This document shows, piece by piece, positions 1 through 18,990 of a stretch of 64,000 nt of DNA. The notes beneath the pieces are model-generated. The model saw only the letters and a list, made by a program, of their open reading frames with translations. It was not told the DNA's origin and made no database searches. Position 1 is the first letter of the stretch, and the number at the start of each line of letters is the position of its first letter. The stretch comes from Eledone cirrhosa (lineage: Eukaryota). The position numbers and the translations under genes are program-made. Where the stretch lies: positions 317,626,001 through 317,690,000 of the forward strand of contig OZ024743.1 of assembly GCA_964016885.1 (NCBI GenBank), read 5' to 3'.

Positions 1-874
1 TATATATGTATAAATATATATATGTATAAATATATGTATATATATATATATATATATATGTATAAATATATATATGTATAAATATATGTATATAGATATA
101 TGTATAAATATATATATATGTATAAATATATGTATATAGATATATGTATAAATATATATATATGTATAAATATATATATGTATATAGATATATGTATATA
201 TAAGTATCAACACATATTTTTATTGTTTGACCCGAATTACTTGGTCGTTTGTTTTGGCTGTGCGGATGATATGTTTAACCATCATCTCAGTGTGTTTGGC
301 CCTTAATGTATGTTGTAGCTCTGATTCACATGAATCATCGAGTGCTTGCCACACATATCGGACGTTGATTTTCGTTAATTCCTGAGCTGAAAACGATTCT
401 CGCTAATTTATATTTATATATATGTATATATATATGTATATATATAACGAAGGAAATGTGGTAAGGAACCAGGTGGACCATAACGCACCAAAGTACTCAA
501 TACTTAGGGTAGTAGAGTGGGTAATAGGAACAAGTCCAGAATTAGCCGTCGAAACGGCTTGAGCTCAGCCGTCGGCGTCCTACTCGTTCCTGTATATATA
601 TATGTATGTATATGTATATATGTATATTAAGACGGGGGAAGAAAAAATGGCTTCACTTGTGCTTTCAACAAATTTATTTTCTTCACAAAATCCAAAAAGA
701 ATTTTTCTTGAAGAAAATTATTTTATAAATTAAGTTGTTGGTTGTTGGTTAGGTCTTAGGAGTTCTTGGTTAACGTAGGAGGTATTGTTTCGTTTTTAGA
801 AAGACCTTTCACGCTGAGGTGCGCTTGTCAAACTGATGTGTATGTGGTGTGTTGTTCTATATATAGGGATTTAA

Positions 875-1185
875 CATGTCTGTGGTGTGGTGGGGGTAAA
901 AACCTCCCATTGAGGCCGAAACAAATGAGATCGTGTAGGTGTCACGACAAAAAACACACAGTCCACGCTGTAATGTGGCCCTGTAGGCAACACGGTAAAA
1001 ACCTCCCAGACCCACACTGTAAATGTGGTTGGTGTTAGGAAGGGCATCCAGCTGTAGAAAACCTGCCAGACAGTCCTATGCGAGCAAGACAATCACTCTT
1101 GCCTCAAGTGGGACTACCCCCGTCCAAACCCATGCAAGCGTGGAACACGGACATTAAACGTTGATGATGATGATTATGATGATGA
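875..1185 (+). mobile_element. RTE-type 3' tail module (tandem units + GGAAGGGCATCCAGC + (GAT)n)
   Basis: Similar to the 3' UTR at 15010-15280 and 43610-43870. Confidence 0.8.
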
Positions 1186-2690
<1,505 letters not shown>

Positions 2691-2704
2691 CCATCCAAAA
2701 TCAC

Positions 2705-3114
2705 CGGGAGAGATGACCCCTTAGCCTTTGTCAAGGCAGAATTCTAGGAGAAGGAAAACTCTGATATAACACCTGCAACCCTGATGGTATCCAATGATGT
2801 TGACTTGTTCTTCTTTTTGGTAAATATCATCTTGGTTAAGAGAGTGGGACTGGCTTTGTGCAGTGCCTTTGCTCACTATAAAAGCTTCACGGCACAGGCA
2901 TTGCTTTATATCTGGAGATCTCTCTGCACTTGTCAGCACATGGTACCATGGGCCCAGCACTATGTCAGTAATTGTCACAAGTGTAGTGTTTGTACCAGAG
3001 TTTTCAAGTCGCCGGCTGGACTAAAAAGTCACACTCGTTCAGCGCATCGGTAGGGGTTCTCCTACATGGATATAAAGTAGTGGCCGTACTCGAAAACGAG
3101 TTGGCAGCCACCAT
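2705..3114 (+). mobile_element. Short bipartite RTE-derived non-autonomous element (5'UTR-like part + 3' end with C2H2 remnant)
   Basis: ctaggagaaggaaaactctga motif, then [22 protein letters not shown] and tail ggccgtactcgaaaacgagttggcagccacc; near-identical copy at 12958-13367. Confidence 0.7.
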
Positions 3115-3171
3115 GTATATATATGTATATATGTATATGTATGTATATATATGTATATATATGTATATATG

Positions 3172-3204
<33 letters not shown>

Positions 3205-3217
3205 GTATATATATATA

Positions 3218-3523
3218 TCATCGTCATCATTTCATTTTACGTCTGCTTTTCCCTGCTTGCAAGGGTGGGACGGGAACTTATTCTGGCTTGATTTTTACAG
3301 CTGGATGCCCTTCCTAACACCGACCTCATTTACAGTGAGGGCTGGGTGCTTTTTTGCCGTGGCACCTACACGTCCACTATTCGGTGGAATGATAGGGAAC
3401 CCAGTCCCTATCATCTCATTTCTACAGCTGAGTAAACTGGAGCAATGTGAAATAAAGTGTCTTGCTCAAGGAAACAACACATCACCCGGTCTGAGAATTG
3501 AACTCACAACCTTTCGATTGCAA
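3218..3523 (-). mobile_element. SINE family A copy (5' truncated)
   Basis: Reverse complement of the 35635-35950 and 42618-42956 elements. Confidence 0.85.
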
Positions 3524-3683
3524 GGTGACTGGTGTGTGTTTATGTGCTTGTTGTTATTGTGCTTGTGTATGTATTTATTTATCTTAGTTTATAAAATCTT
3601 ATTTACCTTATCTAATAAAATAAGATAAATAAATACATACACAAGCACAATAACAACACGCACATAAACACACACTAGTCACC
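3524..3683. repeat. Fold-back inverted repeat, ~62-bp arms
   Basis: ggtgactggtgtgtgtttatgtgc...ttatctta / taagataaa...gcacataaacacacactagtcacc. Confidence 0.85.
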
Positions 3684-4162
3684 CAGCAAACTCAACACTA
3701 TACACACTAGTCACACAGCAAACATAACACTATACACACACGCAAACGCATGCGCAAAGAAGACAAAATAAAATAAACAAACAAGCAAATAAATAAATAA
3801 ATATATAGACAGACTGAATAAAAAATGGCGTAGACATACAACACAACAGGAGGAAAAAATATAACACCACTGACGATGTTGCAGATGTGCAAAGAAAGAT
3901 TTATGTAAATTATGTAAACTAGAAATATGTGTTTGTGTCTATATTGTATCTGTATTATTTTTGACCGTCGGTCAGTCAATGGCAACATTGAGGACCGAGT
4001 CAGTTAGATCGCAGATATAAAAGACAGCGAGAAGCGAAAACCAACCAAACAGTGAGTGCGTTCTGTTATTAATTCTGGCAATATTACACAAATATGACCC
4101 TCCCCAAGTATAACAATATTTGTTTCGACACGATTTCATATAAAAAACCTCGCAAAACTAAT

Positions 4163-8194
<4,032 letters not shown>

Positions 8195-8195
<1 letters not shown>

Positions 8196-10060
8196 CATCA
8201 TCATCGTTTAACGTCCATCTTCCACGCTAGCATGGGTTTGGACGTGAATTTTCCCACTTGAGGCAAGATTGGTTGTCTTGCCCGTATAGAACTGTCTGGC
8301 GGGTTTTCTGCAGCTGGATGCCCTTCCTAACACCAACCACGTTTAAAGTGTGGGCTGGGAGGTTTTTACCGTGTTACCTACACGGCCACATTACAGCGTG
8401 GACTCTGTGTTTTTTTGTCGTGACACCTACACGACCTCATTTATTTAGGACTGGATGTTGTGGTACCAACATAACTTTACATTGAAAGGGGTGGCGTGGA
8501 TGGGGTGGGCGTAGTGGGACGGGGGTATATATACTGTAGGTTTCGCTTTGCACTTAGGCAAGGCAGGTCTTCTGTATTACTGCGTAGCGCCAAAGATCTT
8601 GGTCCAGTGACATTGTCTTGGAGAAGTGTAAGTGTGTGAGGTCGGAATTTATCAAGTCCCAGGTCTTTCTGGGTCTGCCTACTCTGTGGCTACCATCTAT
8701 TTTTATCGCCCTGCACTTTTTTATACAGCTGTCGTCTTTGATGCGCATCATGTGACCATACGAACGTAGTCTTCTCTCAAGTAAACAACATCTGATCCCT
8801 CTTAGCTTCGTTCCTCTCCAGTCTGCGTAGATCCGTCCGCTGCACACAATGCCCAAGTCTCACTGCTTTTTTGCCGTGGCACCTCCACGACCACCTTCCA
8901 GTGGGTGGGTGTGCGGGCATATTGTCTATATGCTTCAGCATATAGACAATATGCCCCCAGGTCGGGTATTCTGTATTACTTCGTGATGCCGAGGTCACGG
9001 TCATGTGTCATCGCCTTTGAGAGGTGTGATTGGGTAAGGTCGGCTTTTATCACCTCATCCCAGGTCTTCTTGGATCTCCCCACGCCGCGGTTTCCATTGA
9101 CTTCTAGTGCTATGATGATGATGATGATGCTCTGCACCTTTTTATGCAGCTGTCATCCTTCATACGCATCACATGTCCATACCAACGCAACCGCCTCCCC
9201 TGCACACAGCATTTGATTCCTCTTATGCTCAGTCTTTCTCTCAATTTATTTATGCTTTGTCATTTGCGTATATTACTATTACACATCCATCGGAGCATGC
9301 AGGTTTTGTTTCTTTCTAATCTACGTAAGTCTTCCACCTTCAGCGCCTAGGTCTCACTACCATGTAACATTGCTATTCAGATACACACATCATACAGTCT
9401 ACCTTTCATTTTGAGGGAGAAGCCTTTTGCAGCTAGCAGTGGCAGTAGTTCCCTGAACTTCTTCCATCCCGTTCTTACTCTAGTTATTTTACTTTCTGAA
9501 CACCCAGCTCCACTGCTAATTCGGTCACCTAGGTAGCAGAAGCTGTCTATTGTTTCTACAGAGCCCTCCCAGAGATTGGTGGTACTTGTTTCCTGTGGCT
9601 GTTTGCTGCTTGCTGTCCCAGCACAGCTGCTGCATGTGAAGCCTACATTCTTAATTAAGCTTCCTGAGATCCCACTACATCTCTTGTGTACCCATTGGTT
9701 GCATTTGGGGCAGAGAATGGAGTTCCTACCTATACCTTTCCTACATACTGAGCAAGGCCATTTCCCTGAGGGGATCTGGGTTCTGTTTTCTTGTCTACTT
9801 ACAAGGACCTTAGTCTTTGTCATGTTGACTTTGAGACCCTTTCTTTCTAGTCCCTGCTTCCAAGTTTGGAATTTCTTCTCTAGTTCTACCATAGATTCAG
9901 CTATAAGTGCGAGGTCATCAGCATACAAGAGTTCCCATGGGCATCCGGTCTTAAACTCCTCCGTTATTGCCTGCAGGGCTATGATGAACAGGAGAGGGCT
10001 AAGAACAGAGCCCTGGTGGACACCAACCTGTACGCTAAATTCCTCGCGTAAATTCCTGTT
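8195..10060 (-). mobile_element. Cluster of RTE fragments (subfamily B 3' end 8195-8836; subfamily A pieces 8860-9110 and 9130-10060)
   Basis: ORFs 8554-8856 and 9377-10081 with [13 protein letters not shown] and the CxxC finger. Confidence 0.9.
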
Positions 10061-10449
10061 TATATAAGTATATATATACACATAGCTAAACCAAAGAAGG
10101 TTGCATTTTAGAAATATCTAGTCAATAACTGCTTCTGTGAATGTGATTGTTTCCTAGAGTGGATAAAAGGAAAGGAGAATTCTGAAAAATTGTAATTGAG
10201 ATTGCTCTTTTGCTTTGCACACAGATGCACGTGATGCATCAGTACTTCATTTTATTTCAATTTTAACAAAGCAGTATAGTTTATATGAAGCATTATGAGG
10301 TATATCGGTATGATTGTTGTGGGAAAGACAGTAGAATGTAAGTTAGAAATACAAAAGTGAAAATTAGAGTAAAGTAAGAAAAACAGTAGTTTATATTTTT
10401 ACTTTTTATTTGATATTTGATATTTTGAGTTAGGACTCCTTTTTCAAAG

Positions 10450-10635
10450 GGAGAGAAATGGAGTGAGGTGTTCGTGATGAGTGGCACTCATTGGCATAGA
10501 TATGAGTGAGGTGTTGGTGATTATTGGCACTCCACAGCATAGATATAAATGAGGTGTTGGTGGTGAGTGGCACTCGGTGACATAGATATGAGTGGGATAT
10601 TGGTGATGAATGGCACTCCATGGCATAGATATTGG
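10450..10635. repeat. ~43-bp degenerate minisatellite (~4 copies)
   Basis: Recurrent tggcactc...catagatat...gaggtgttggtg. Confidence 0.75.
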
Positions 10636-11963
10636 GTTGGAAGAGTGATGACATGCTCAGACTGATGTATTGACACAATAGTCAATCAGCTTCATGCAAC
10701 TCATACCTGCTGTATCTGATTGGTCACAATTTTATTGATGAGAATAACCTTCATTAAAACAAGACCAATCATAAACAGAAAGAATGCAATGTATGAAGGT
10801 GATTGGCTATTGTGTCACAGCACCAGTTTGTGCATGTCAGCTCTTCTCGTGACCCCAAAGAAAAGAAATGAAATGTGATGTTGATGATAACCCTCACCTT
10901 CTAAATATAAAGTCGAAGTAAAAACAAAATAACAGTTTACACTTTTACCTTATTTTTCTTGATATTTCAAAGTCAAGACATCTTTTTACCTTATATTTCC
11001 TTTTACCTTCTATTTGTTGATATTTCGAGGGCAGGACCTCTTTGTCAAAAGAAAGGAAATGGAGTGTGATGTTGGGAACAAGTGTTCTATTAAAATGGTT
11101 TAGTTTGAAATAGGTGTATGTGTGTGTCTTGCTTTCCATCTGTACATATATCTGCACACACATACACTGACCTATATAGTATTAGATCTCTCTGCTGTGT
11201 ACCATTCTGAAGTATATTATATATTTTATAAATATATATATGTTCTGTATGTATATTATATAATATATATATTTCAAGTATATATATATTATATATATTT
11301 TTTATGTATATATTATATATATATATATGATGATAATATATAAATATAATATATATATATATAATATATAATGTATATATAATAAATATATACTATATAT
11401 ATATATTCTATATATATAATAAATATATACTATATATATATATATATATATATATTCGATATACATAATAAATATATACTATATATATATTCTATATATA
11501 TAATAAATATATTCTATATATATAATAAATATATACTATATATATGTATATATAATATTCTATATATATATGTATATATAATATTCTATATATATGTATA
11601 TATAATATTCTATATATGTATATATAGAATATTCTATATATATAAATATATACTATATATATATATATAATATATTCTATATATATAATAAATATACACA
11701 TATATATATAATATATTCTATATATATAATAAATATATACATATATATATATAATATATTCTATATATATAATAAATATATACATATATATATATAATAA
11801 ATATATACTATATATATATATAATATATTCTATATATATATAATAAATATATACTATATCTATATAATATATATATATAATAAATATATACTATATCTAT
11901 ATAATATATATATATATATAATAAATATATACTATATATATATAATATATATAATATATATAT

Positions 11964-12165
11964 GCACTCAGTGCTCCTTTGGGAGCCCCTACATGGACAC
12001 ACTAGAAGAGGAAGACCAAGGTTAACATATGTTGATGCCCTAAGGACAGACACTGGTCTGTTGGAGATGCAGGATATGGCAGCGATAATGAGGGACAGAG
12101 ACCGCTGGAGAGAACTCGTCCATGGATCTCGGGAATTTTACCCGCCTTAGAGATAGATAGATAGA
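11964..12165 (+). mobile_element. 3' end of a different RTE/RTEX-like LINE with an (AGAT)n tail, inside AT satellite
   Basis: VLLWEPLHGHTRRGRPRLTYVDALRTDTG...MRDRDRWRELV*, then agatagatagat. Confidence 0.75.
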
Positions 12166-12535
12166 TATATATAATAAATATATACTATATATAATATATA
12201 ATGTATATGTAATAAATATATACTATATAAATATATATATAATGTATATATAATAAATATATACTATATATATATAATATATAAATATAATGTATATATA
12301 ATAAATATATATAATATATAAATATAATATATATATAATAAATATATACTACATATATATATACTATATATATATAATATATATATATTATATATAATGT
12401 ATATATAATAAATATATACTATATATATTCTATATATAAATGTCATAAATATATATAATGAATATATCATAAATATATATTATATATACACATATATGCC
12501 ATAAATATTTATAATGTATATATCATAAATATATT

Positions 12536-12593
<58 letters not shown>

Positions 12594-12957
12594 TCATGTA
12601 TAGATATTACATTTTTTTTGTCTTGCATAAATTTTAACCTAAATGTTTAGTGAGAGAAATTTACTTAAGTGTTTTGAAAATTATGCCTGACCTTTACAGC
12701 ATATATATATATCATCGTCAGAATAAGTAATAAAACATAATTTACAATTTGAATCTAGCGCTTTCATCCTTCATGGGACTCAATATGCATGTGTTTATGT
12801 GTGCGTGTATATATATATATATATATATATATGTTTGTGTGTTTATACGCACACAGCACGTCATCTTTTTTATGTCTACTGATGATGATATATATGTGTG
12901 TATGCATATATATATATGCATGTATATATATATGCATGTATATATATATATATATAT

Positions 12958-13367
12958 GGGAGAGATGACCCCTTAGCCTTTGTCAAGGCAGAATTCTAGG
13001 AGAAGGAAAACTCTGATATAACACCTGCAACCCTGATGGTATCCAATGATGTTGACTTGTTCTTCTTTTTGGTAAATATCATCTTGGTTAAGAGAGTGGG
13101 ACTGGCTTTGTGCAGTGCCTTTGCTCACTATAAAAGCTTCACGGCACAGGCATTGCTTTATATCTGGAGATCTCCCTGCACTTGTCGTCACATGATACCA
13201 TGGGCCCAGCACTAAGTGTCAATAATTGTCACAAGTGTAGTGTTTGTACCAGAGTTTTCAAGTCGCTGGCTGGACTAAAAAGTCACACTCGTTCAGCGCA
13301 TCGGTAGGGGTTCTCCTACATGGATATAAAGTAGTGGCCGTACTCGAAAACGAGTTGGCAGCCACCA
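12958..13367 (+). mobile_element. Second copy of the bipartite RTE-derived element
   Basis: Near-identical to 2707-3114; diverged reverse copy at ~21428-21658. Confidence 0.75.
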
Positions 13368-13447
13368 TATGCATGTATATATATATATATATATATGCAT
13401 ATATATATATATATTGGAAAATGTGTGTAATCCTTGGTACAGTTAGG

Positions 13448-13712
13448 TATATTAAGACAGGGGGAAGAAAGAATGGCTTCACTTGTGCTTTCAACAAATT
13501 TATTTTCTTCACAAAATCCAAAAAGAATTTTTTTCCGGATTAGAAAAACATTTTTTTTTTTTTTTTTTTCTCTTCTTAAAAAAAATTATTTTATAAATTA
13601 AGTTGTTGGTTGTTGACCAACAACCAACAACTTAATTCTTTTTGGATTTTGTGAAGAAAATAAATTTGTTGAAAGCACAAGTGAAGCCATTCTTTCTTCC
13701 CCCCCTGTCTTA

Positions 13713-13716
<4 letters not shown>
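13448..13716. repeat. Head-to-head inverted duplication of a dispersed repeat (direct copy also at 625-750)
   Basis: ttaagacagggggaagaaagaatggcttcacttgtgc... and its reverse complement, centred near 13616. Confidence 0.85.
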
Positions 13717-13771
<55 letters not shown>

Positions 13772-13779
13772 TATATATA

Positions 13780-15281
13780 CGTTCCATTATCTGGATTATC
13801 TGGTGGGCTCTTAGAAAACTAGGTGTTGAGTGGCTTGTGAGAGCTATACAAGCCATGTATAAAGAAACAGTCAGCAAGGTTAGAATTAACAACGAATATA
13901 GTGAAGAGTTTAGCGTAAAAGTTGGTGTTCAGGCTATAACAGTGGAGTTCAAGACCGGCTGCCCATGGAAACTCCTATACGCTCATAGCTGAATCAATGG
14001 CCGAACTCGAGAAGAAATTCCAAACATGGAAGCATGGCCTAGAATCAAAAGGCCTTAAAATTAACCTGTCTAAGACTAAAGTTCTAGTTTGTAGGAAGGA
14101 AAATAGGGCACCGGTCCCATCCGGGAAAAGGCCATGCTCAGTGTGTAGGAAAGGAGTAGGCAGAAACTCCATTTTATGTCCCAAATGCAAAGTATGGGTG
14201 CATAAAAGATGTAGTGGGATCACAGGTAAGCTAAGTAAGAACATAGATTTTATATGTGGCTGGTGCTCTGGTGCAATAAGTAGCAGCAAGTGCCCACAGA
14301 ATACTAGCTCATTCCATTGCACAGATGGTTCTATAGAAATAGTGGACACCTTCCGTTACTTGGGTGACAAAATCAGCAATGGTAGAGGGTGCTCTGAAAG
14401 TACAGTAGCTAGAGTCAGAACTGGATGGAAAAAGTTCCACTATTAGCCGCTAAAGGGTTCTCTCTAAAAATGAAAGGCAGGCTGTATGATGCCTGCATAT
14501 GAATGGCAATGAGACCTGGGCATTGTGTGCAGAGGATATACACAGACTGGAGAGGAACGAAGCTTGCATGCTCCATTGGATGTGTAATAGTAATATACAT
14601 GAACGGCAAAGCACAAACGAACTAAGGGAAACATTAGAAATAAGAGGGATCAGATGTTGTTTACTCTAGAGAAGACTACTTTGGTATGGTCACGTGATGT
14701 GCATGAAAGACGACAGCTGTATAAAAAAGTGCAGGGCAATAAAAATAGACGGTAGCCACGGAGTAGGCAGACCCAGAAAAACCTGGGACGACTTGATAAA
14801 TTCCGACTTACACACTTACACCTCTCCAAGACAATGTCACTGGACCGAGATCTTTGGCGCTACACAGTAATACAGAAGACCCGCCTTACCTAAGTACAAA
14901 GTGAAACCTACTACAGTCAGTAGGCACCTCTAACAAAATACACCCCCGTCCCACTACCCCCACCCCATCCACACCACCCCTTTCAATGTAAAGTTATGTT
15001 GGTACCACAACATCCAGTCCGAAACAAATGAGGTCGTGTATGTGTCATGACAAAAAAACACACAGTCCATGCTGTAATGTGGCCGTGTAGGTAACACGGT
15101 AAAAACCTCCCAGTTCCACACTGTAAATGTGGTTGGTGTTAGGAAGGGCATCCAGCCGTAGAAAACCTGCCAGACAGTCCTATGCGAGCAAGACAACCAC
15201 TCTTGCCACAAGTGGGAAAACTCCCGTTCAAACCCATGCAAGCATGGAAGATGGACGTTAAACGATGATGATGATGATGAT
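13780..15281 (+). mobile_element. RTE subfamily B, 5'-truncated with internal deletions, full 3' UTR and (GAT)n tail
   Basis: ORF 13997-14446 and downstream RLRWYGH/GRPRKTW remnants. Confidence 0.92.
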
Positions 15282-15472
15282 AATATATATATATAATAAA
15301 AAAAATATGGGTGCAGAGAGGAAAATGAATGAATATAGAGTCCCATCTCATCAGTCAACTGTTAGAGATATGTTGTGTCAGTTCTTTAAGATCGATACAA
15401 CTGGCTCTAGTGAACATAGGTCAAGACAATACTCTTAACAACTATTTACTAATATGAGAAAATTTATATATA

Positions 15473-16276
15473 TCATAATCTATAAAGCTCAGTGTGTGGT
15501 CATGCTCCTTCGTTATAGAAATCTACGATATAGAATTTCTTCAATTGAAATTTACAATTCAGTATTCGAAATAGCTTCGATTGCGTCTTGACGCAGATAA
15601 TTTTTTCAATTTCACCCACAATTACGCAAAAAATAGATAAAACTCAATATTTTACGATTTGTCTCTCTCATTTAAACTGCTGAACTCTTTCTTCTACCAT
15701 TCAAAATCTATACAACTTGATACTTTCTGCTACTTTCTCTTTCCAAGCTTGATGGTGATACTGTCCGTTCACACCACTCCCTACTGTCTTAAATTTAGAA
15801 AACACATATCCTCTATGAGGTTACTAAACCTGCTAGAAACAGCAGCTAACTCTCCCCCATATCACACCCCTCCCTACTGTCTTAAATTTAGAAAACATAT
15901 CTTCTATGAGGTCACTAAACCTGCTAGAAACAGCAGCTAACTCTACCTCATATTACAACCCTCCCTACTGTCTTAAATTTAGAAAACACACAGACAACCA
16001 TGCAGAACAACTCCATCGCAGCTCTGTTGTTCGGCTGGCATCGTCTACGCGCGTGTTGCGCAAGTACTGTGAAACAATAAATTTCAAGAATTTTTTGCAC
16101 AGAGATAATATCCATAGGCGAAACTACAATTGTCACTGCTGGCGCAGCTCATGCTTCCAGGTCTGCAATTCATTCACCCAGTGCCTGGCAGACAAAAAAG
16201 TGCTGCCATAAAATGGGTGGTGCAACCTAACTTTGGTAACTTAATGAGCCTGAGCAATGCCGGGCTTTAATGCTAG
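15473..16276 (+). mobile_element. Non-autonomous Helitron-like element containing a 92-bp tandem repeat (15780-15990)
   Basis: TC start in an AT context; 3' hairpin gcctgagcaatgccgggc followed by CTAG|T. Confidence 0.6.
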
Positions 16277-16587
16277 TATATATATAATATATAAAGTCCC
16301 AAATTCATATCGTAAACAATGTTTTATTATGTTTCTTTTACTTCAAGTGATAAACAGTGTTTTATTATTTCTTCTAATTATGATATTTTATTAATATATT
16401 CTGTACACTACCAAAGATATGCATATATATTATACAGGCCATGTAAAGCAGTAGGTGTATGCCTATTTTCTGTTGAGGGAGAAGAGATTTGATTTGTATA
16501 TTTTCAGCACTCTCCTTATTTGTGTTAGTTTTTGTATTTTTGTACAAAATTTTCATGTAAAACAAAACAAAATTCTGTCCTCATTTT

Positions 16588-16650
<63 letters not shown>

Positions 16651-18772
16651 TTTTTTTATTTGCTTGAAATTAAGAAAGTGATAAACAAATATAGTTTATT
16701 TTCTCAATTAAGAACAAAAATTGCATTGAAAGTTTCCGGGCTTGTTCCTTTCTGTATTATGGTGTTGCATGAAGAATTTATAAAAGAAAAAAGTTGTATC
16801 AATGCTCACCCTTGTGAAATAATTTTAGGGTTTAAGCCATTTCTTTAAAACTTTTCCAAATTGTTCATTTTTGAAAAACAAATGTTTTAATGTCTTTGAA
16901 TGAACTTCTGCTTTTAGTAAGTGAACAAAATACATTTATTTTGAACATAATTATGATTATAATTGTCGAAATAGAAATTCACTGGTTGAATTGAATATTA
17001 TTCCTGTCATTTGCCTAAACCAGGAGTATTTTGCTTCTTACATTTTTAACTCTTATTTTCCTGAGTTTGCTAATTCAAATATTTATAGTGTTTTTACTAA
17101 TGGACAGATTGTTGTGAAAATTTACAGTATTAGATTAAAGGCTTTAATTATTAATGATGCAGCTATTGTGCTATTTTATACTTTTCAAGAATGTCTTGTT
17201 AATGTAGCTTCATGTGGTTTGTTAATTCAAATGTTTATATTATCTTTACTAGTGGACAAATCAATTAAAGAATTTCCAGTATTAGAGTAAATACATTGTT
17301 TCATGTAATGCAGTCATATTGCTGTTTTGTATTTTTCAACATCTTGCTAATTCAGTTTCTTGTGATACAGGATGTCAAGAGTTAAAATCCCGTAATAATT
17401 TAGGAGGAAATGTCTTCAAATCAGTTTGTTAATTCAAATGTTTATAATGCTTTTTCTAATAAACAGACCTTTGTAAAAATTTGTAGTACTGGATGTAAAC
17501 ACACACATACCTATATACAATTGGCTTCCACAGTTTCTGTCTACCAAATTTCACTCACAAGGCATTGGTAAACCTAAAGCTATTGTAGAAGACACTTGTC
17601 CAAGGTGCTACGCAGAAGAACTGAACTTGAAGCCCCTTCATCACACAGCCATGCTTGCACCTATCCAATGTATATATGGACTCATAATTGCTAAAGGAGT
17701 CATAGGGCTGTTACATTGACATACACCGTATCTAGGGCATTTTAAAAAACTTAGCAGAGCCCATCACCTCTTCAGGTCCGAATACAGCAGATTACTTCCA
17801 GAGAAGGATTGAGAGTGAGATAGAGATATAGAGGAAGAATCGACCCCAGGTACTTTTTTTTATTGACCTTGAATGGATGAAAGGCAAAGTTGACCACAGT
17901 ACGATTTGAGCTGAGAGTCGAAACAAATACTATAAAGCATTCTGTCTAATTTCTAACAACTCTGCCAATTTGCTGCCTTTTATCACCTATCCAATAAGTC
18001 AATAATAGTTTCTACTATTGGCACAAGGCCAGCAATTACCCAGTACATTACTGGTACTTTATTTTATCGACCCCGTAAGGATGAAAGGCAAAGTTAACCT
18101 CGGCGGGATAGTCAATAATGAATTATCTTTTTAGCTTCACAATGTCACCCTGTCTTGTTTACCAAGAAACTGACAGTAACAAATCATTCACTGAGTTACT
18201 TTTTTATTTTCTATCATTATCATCATTGTCATTTTACTGTCCATTTTCCCATGGCTTGTAACAAAATTGGAGCTAGAGTGGATCCACATCTCGCTTACCT
18301 AACCTATATTCTAGTTTTGGCACGATTTCTATAGCTGGATTCCCTTTATCTCAACCACTACTTTACAGAGTGTACTGGGTGCATTTTATTGTGGCAGCAA
18401 CACTACCACTTTACAGAGTGTACTAGGTGTGTTTTATTGTGGCACCAGCACTACCACTTTACAGAGTGTACTGGGTGAATTTTGTCATTTGCAGTTTTAA
18501 CAGTCTACACTTATTCTATTATGCAATCCTTTATCTTAGTTTTCTACTTAATTAACACAACAGCTAACAAATGTTACTAATTGTATTTATGTTAGTTTTC
18601 ATGGTTAAATGACATTAGCATGAAGCAAATAGGTATGTCAGTTACTTGATCAGAATGGCTGGCAGTAGATAAGAGAGAAGTTAAACTTGTTCAAGGCCAC
18701 ATTAGCACAGAAAATAGTTCATTTTAGTTCCTATAAATTTATTTCAATTATTCTTAATTAGTAATTTGTTAA

Positions 18773-18990
18773 CCCCTTAGCAGTCACATTACTCGATATT
18801 TACTATTGTATTTTCACAGTAAACATTTTATTTCACATAATTATCTCACATAATATCAAATCTGAGATTTTGATATTATTTATTTTGAGAACAATATCTT
18901 ACTATAAGTATGATCAGCTGGTTACAGTCGGTTTGAACAGAAAGAGTGAGAGGATTCTGGCCGGATATGGCCGGTTTAAATGCTAAAGGG
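18773..18990 (+). mobile_element. piggyBac-like MITE
   Basis: TTAA|ccccttagca ... tgctaaaggg|TTAA. Confidence 0.75.
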
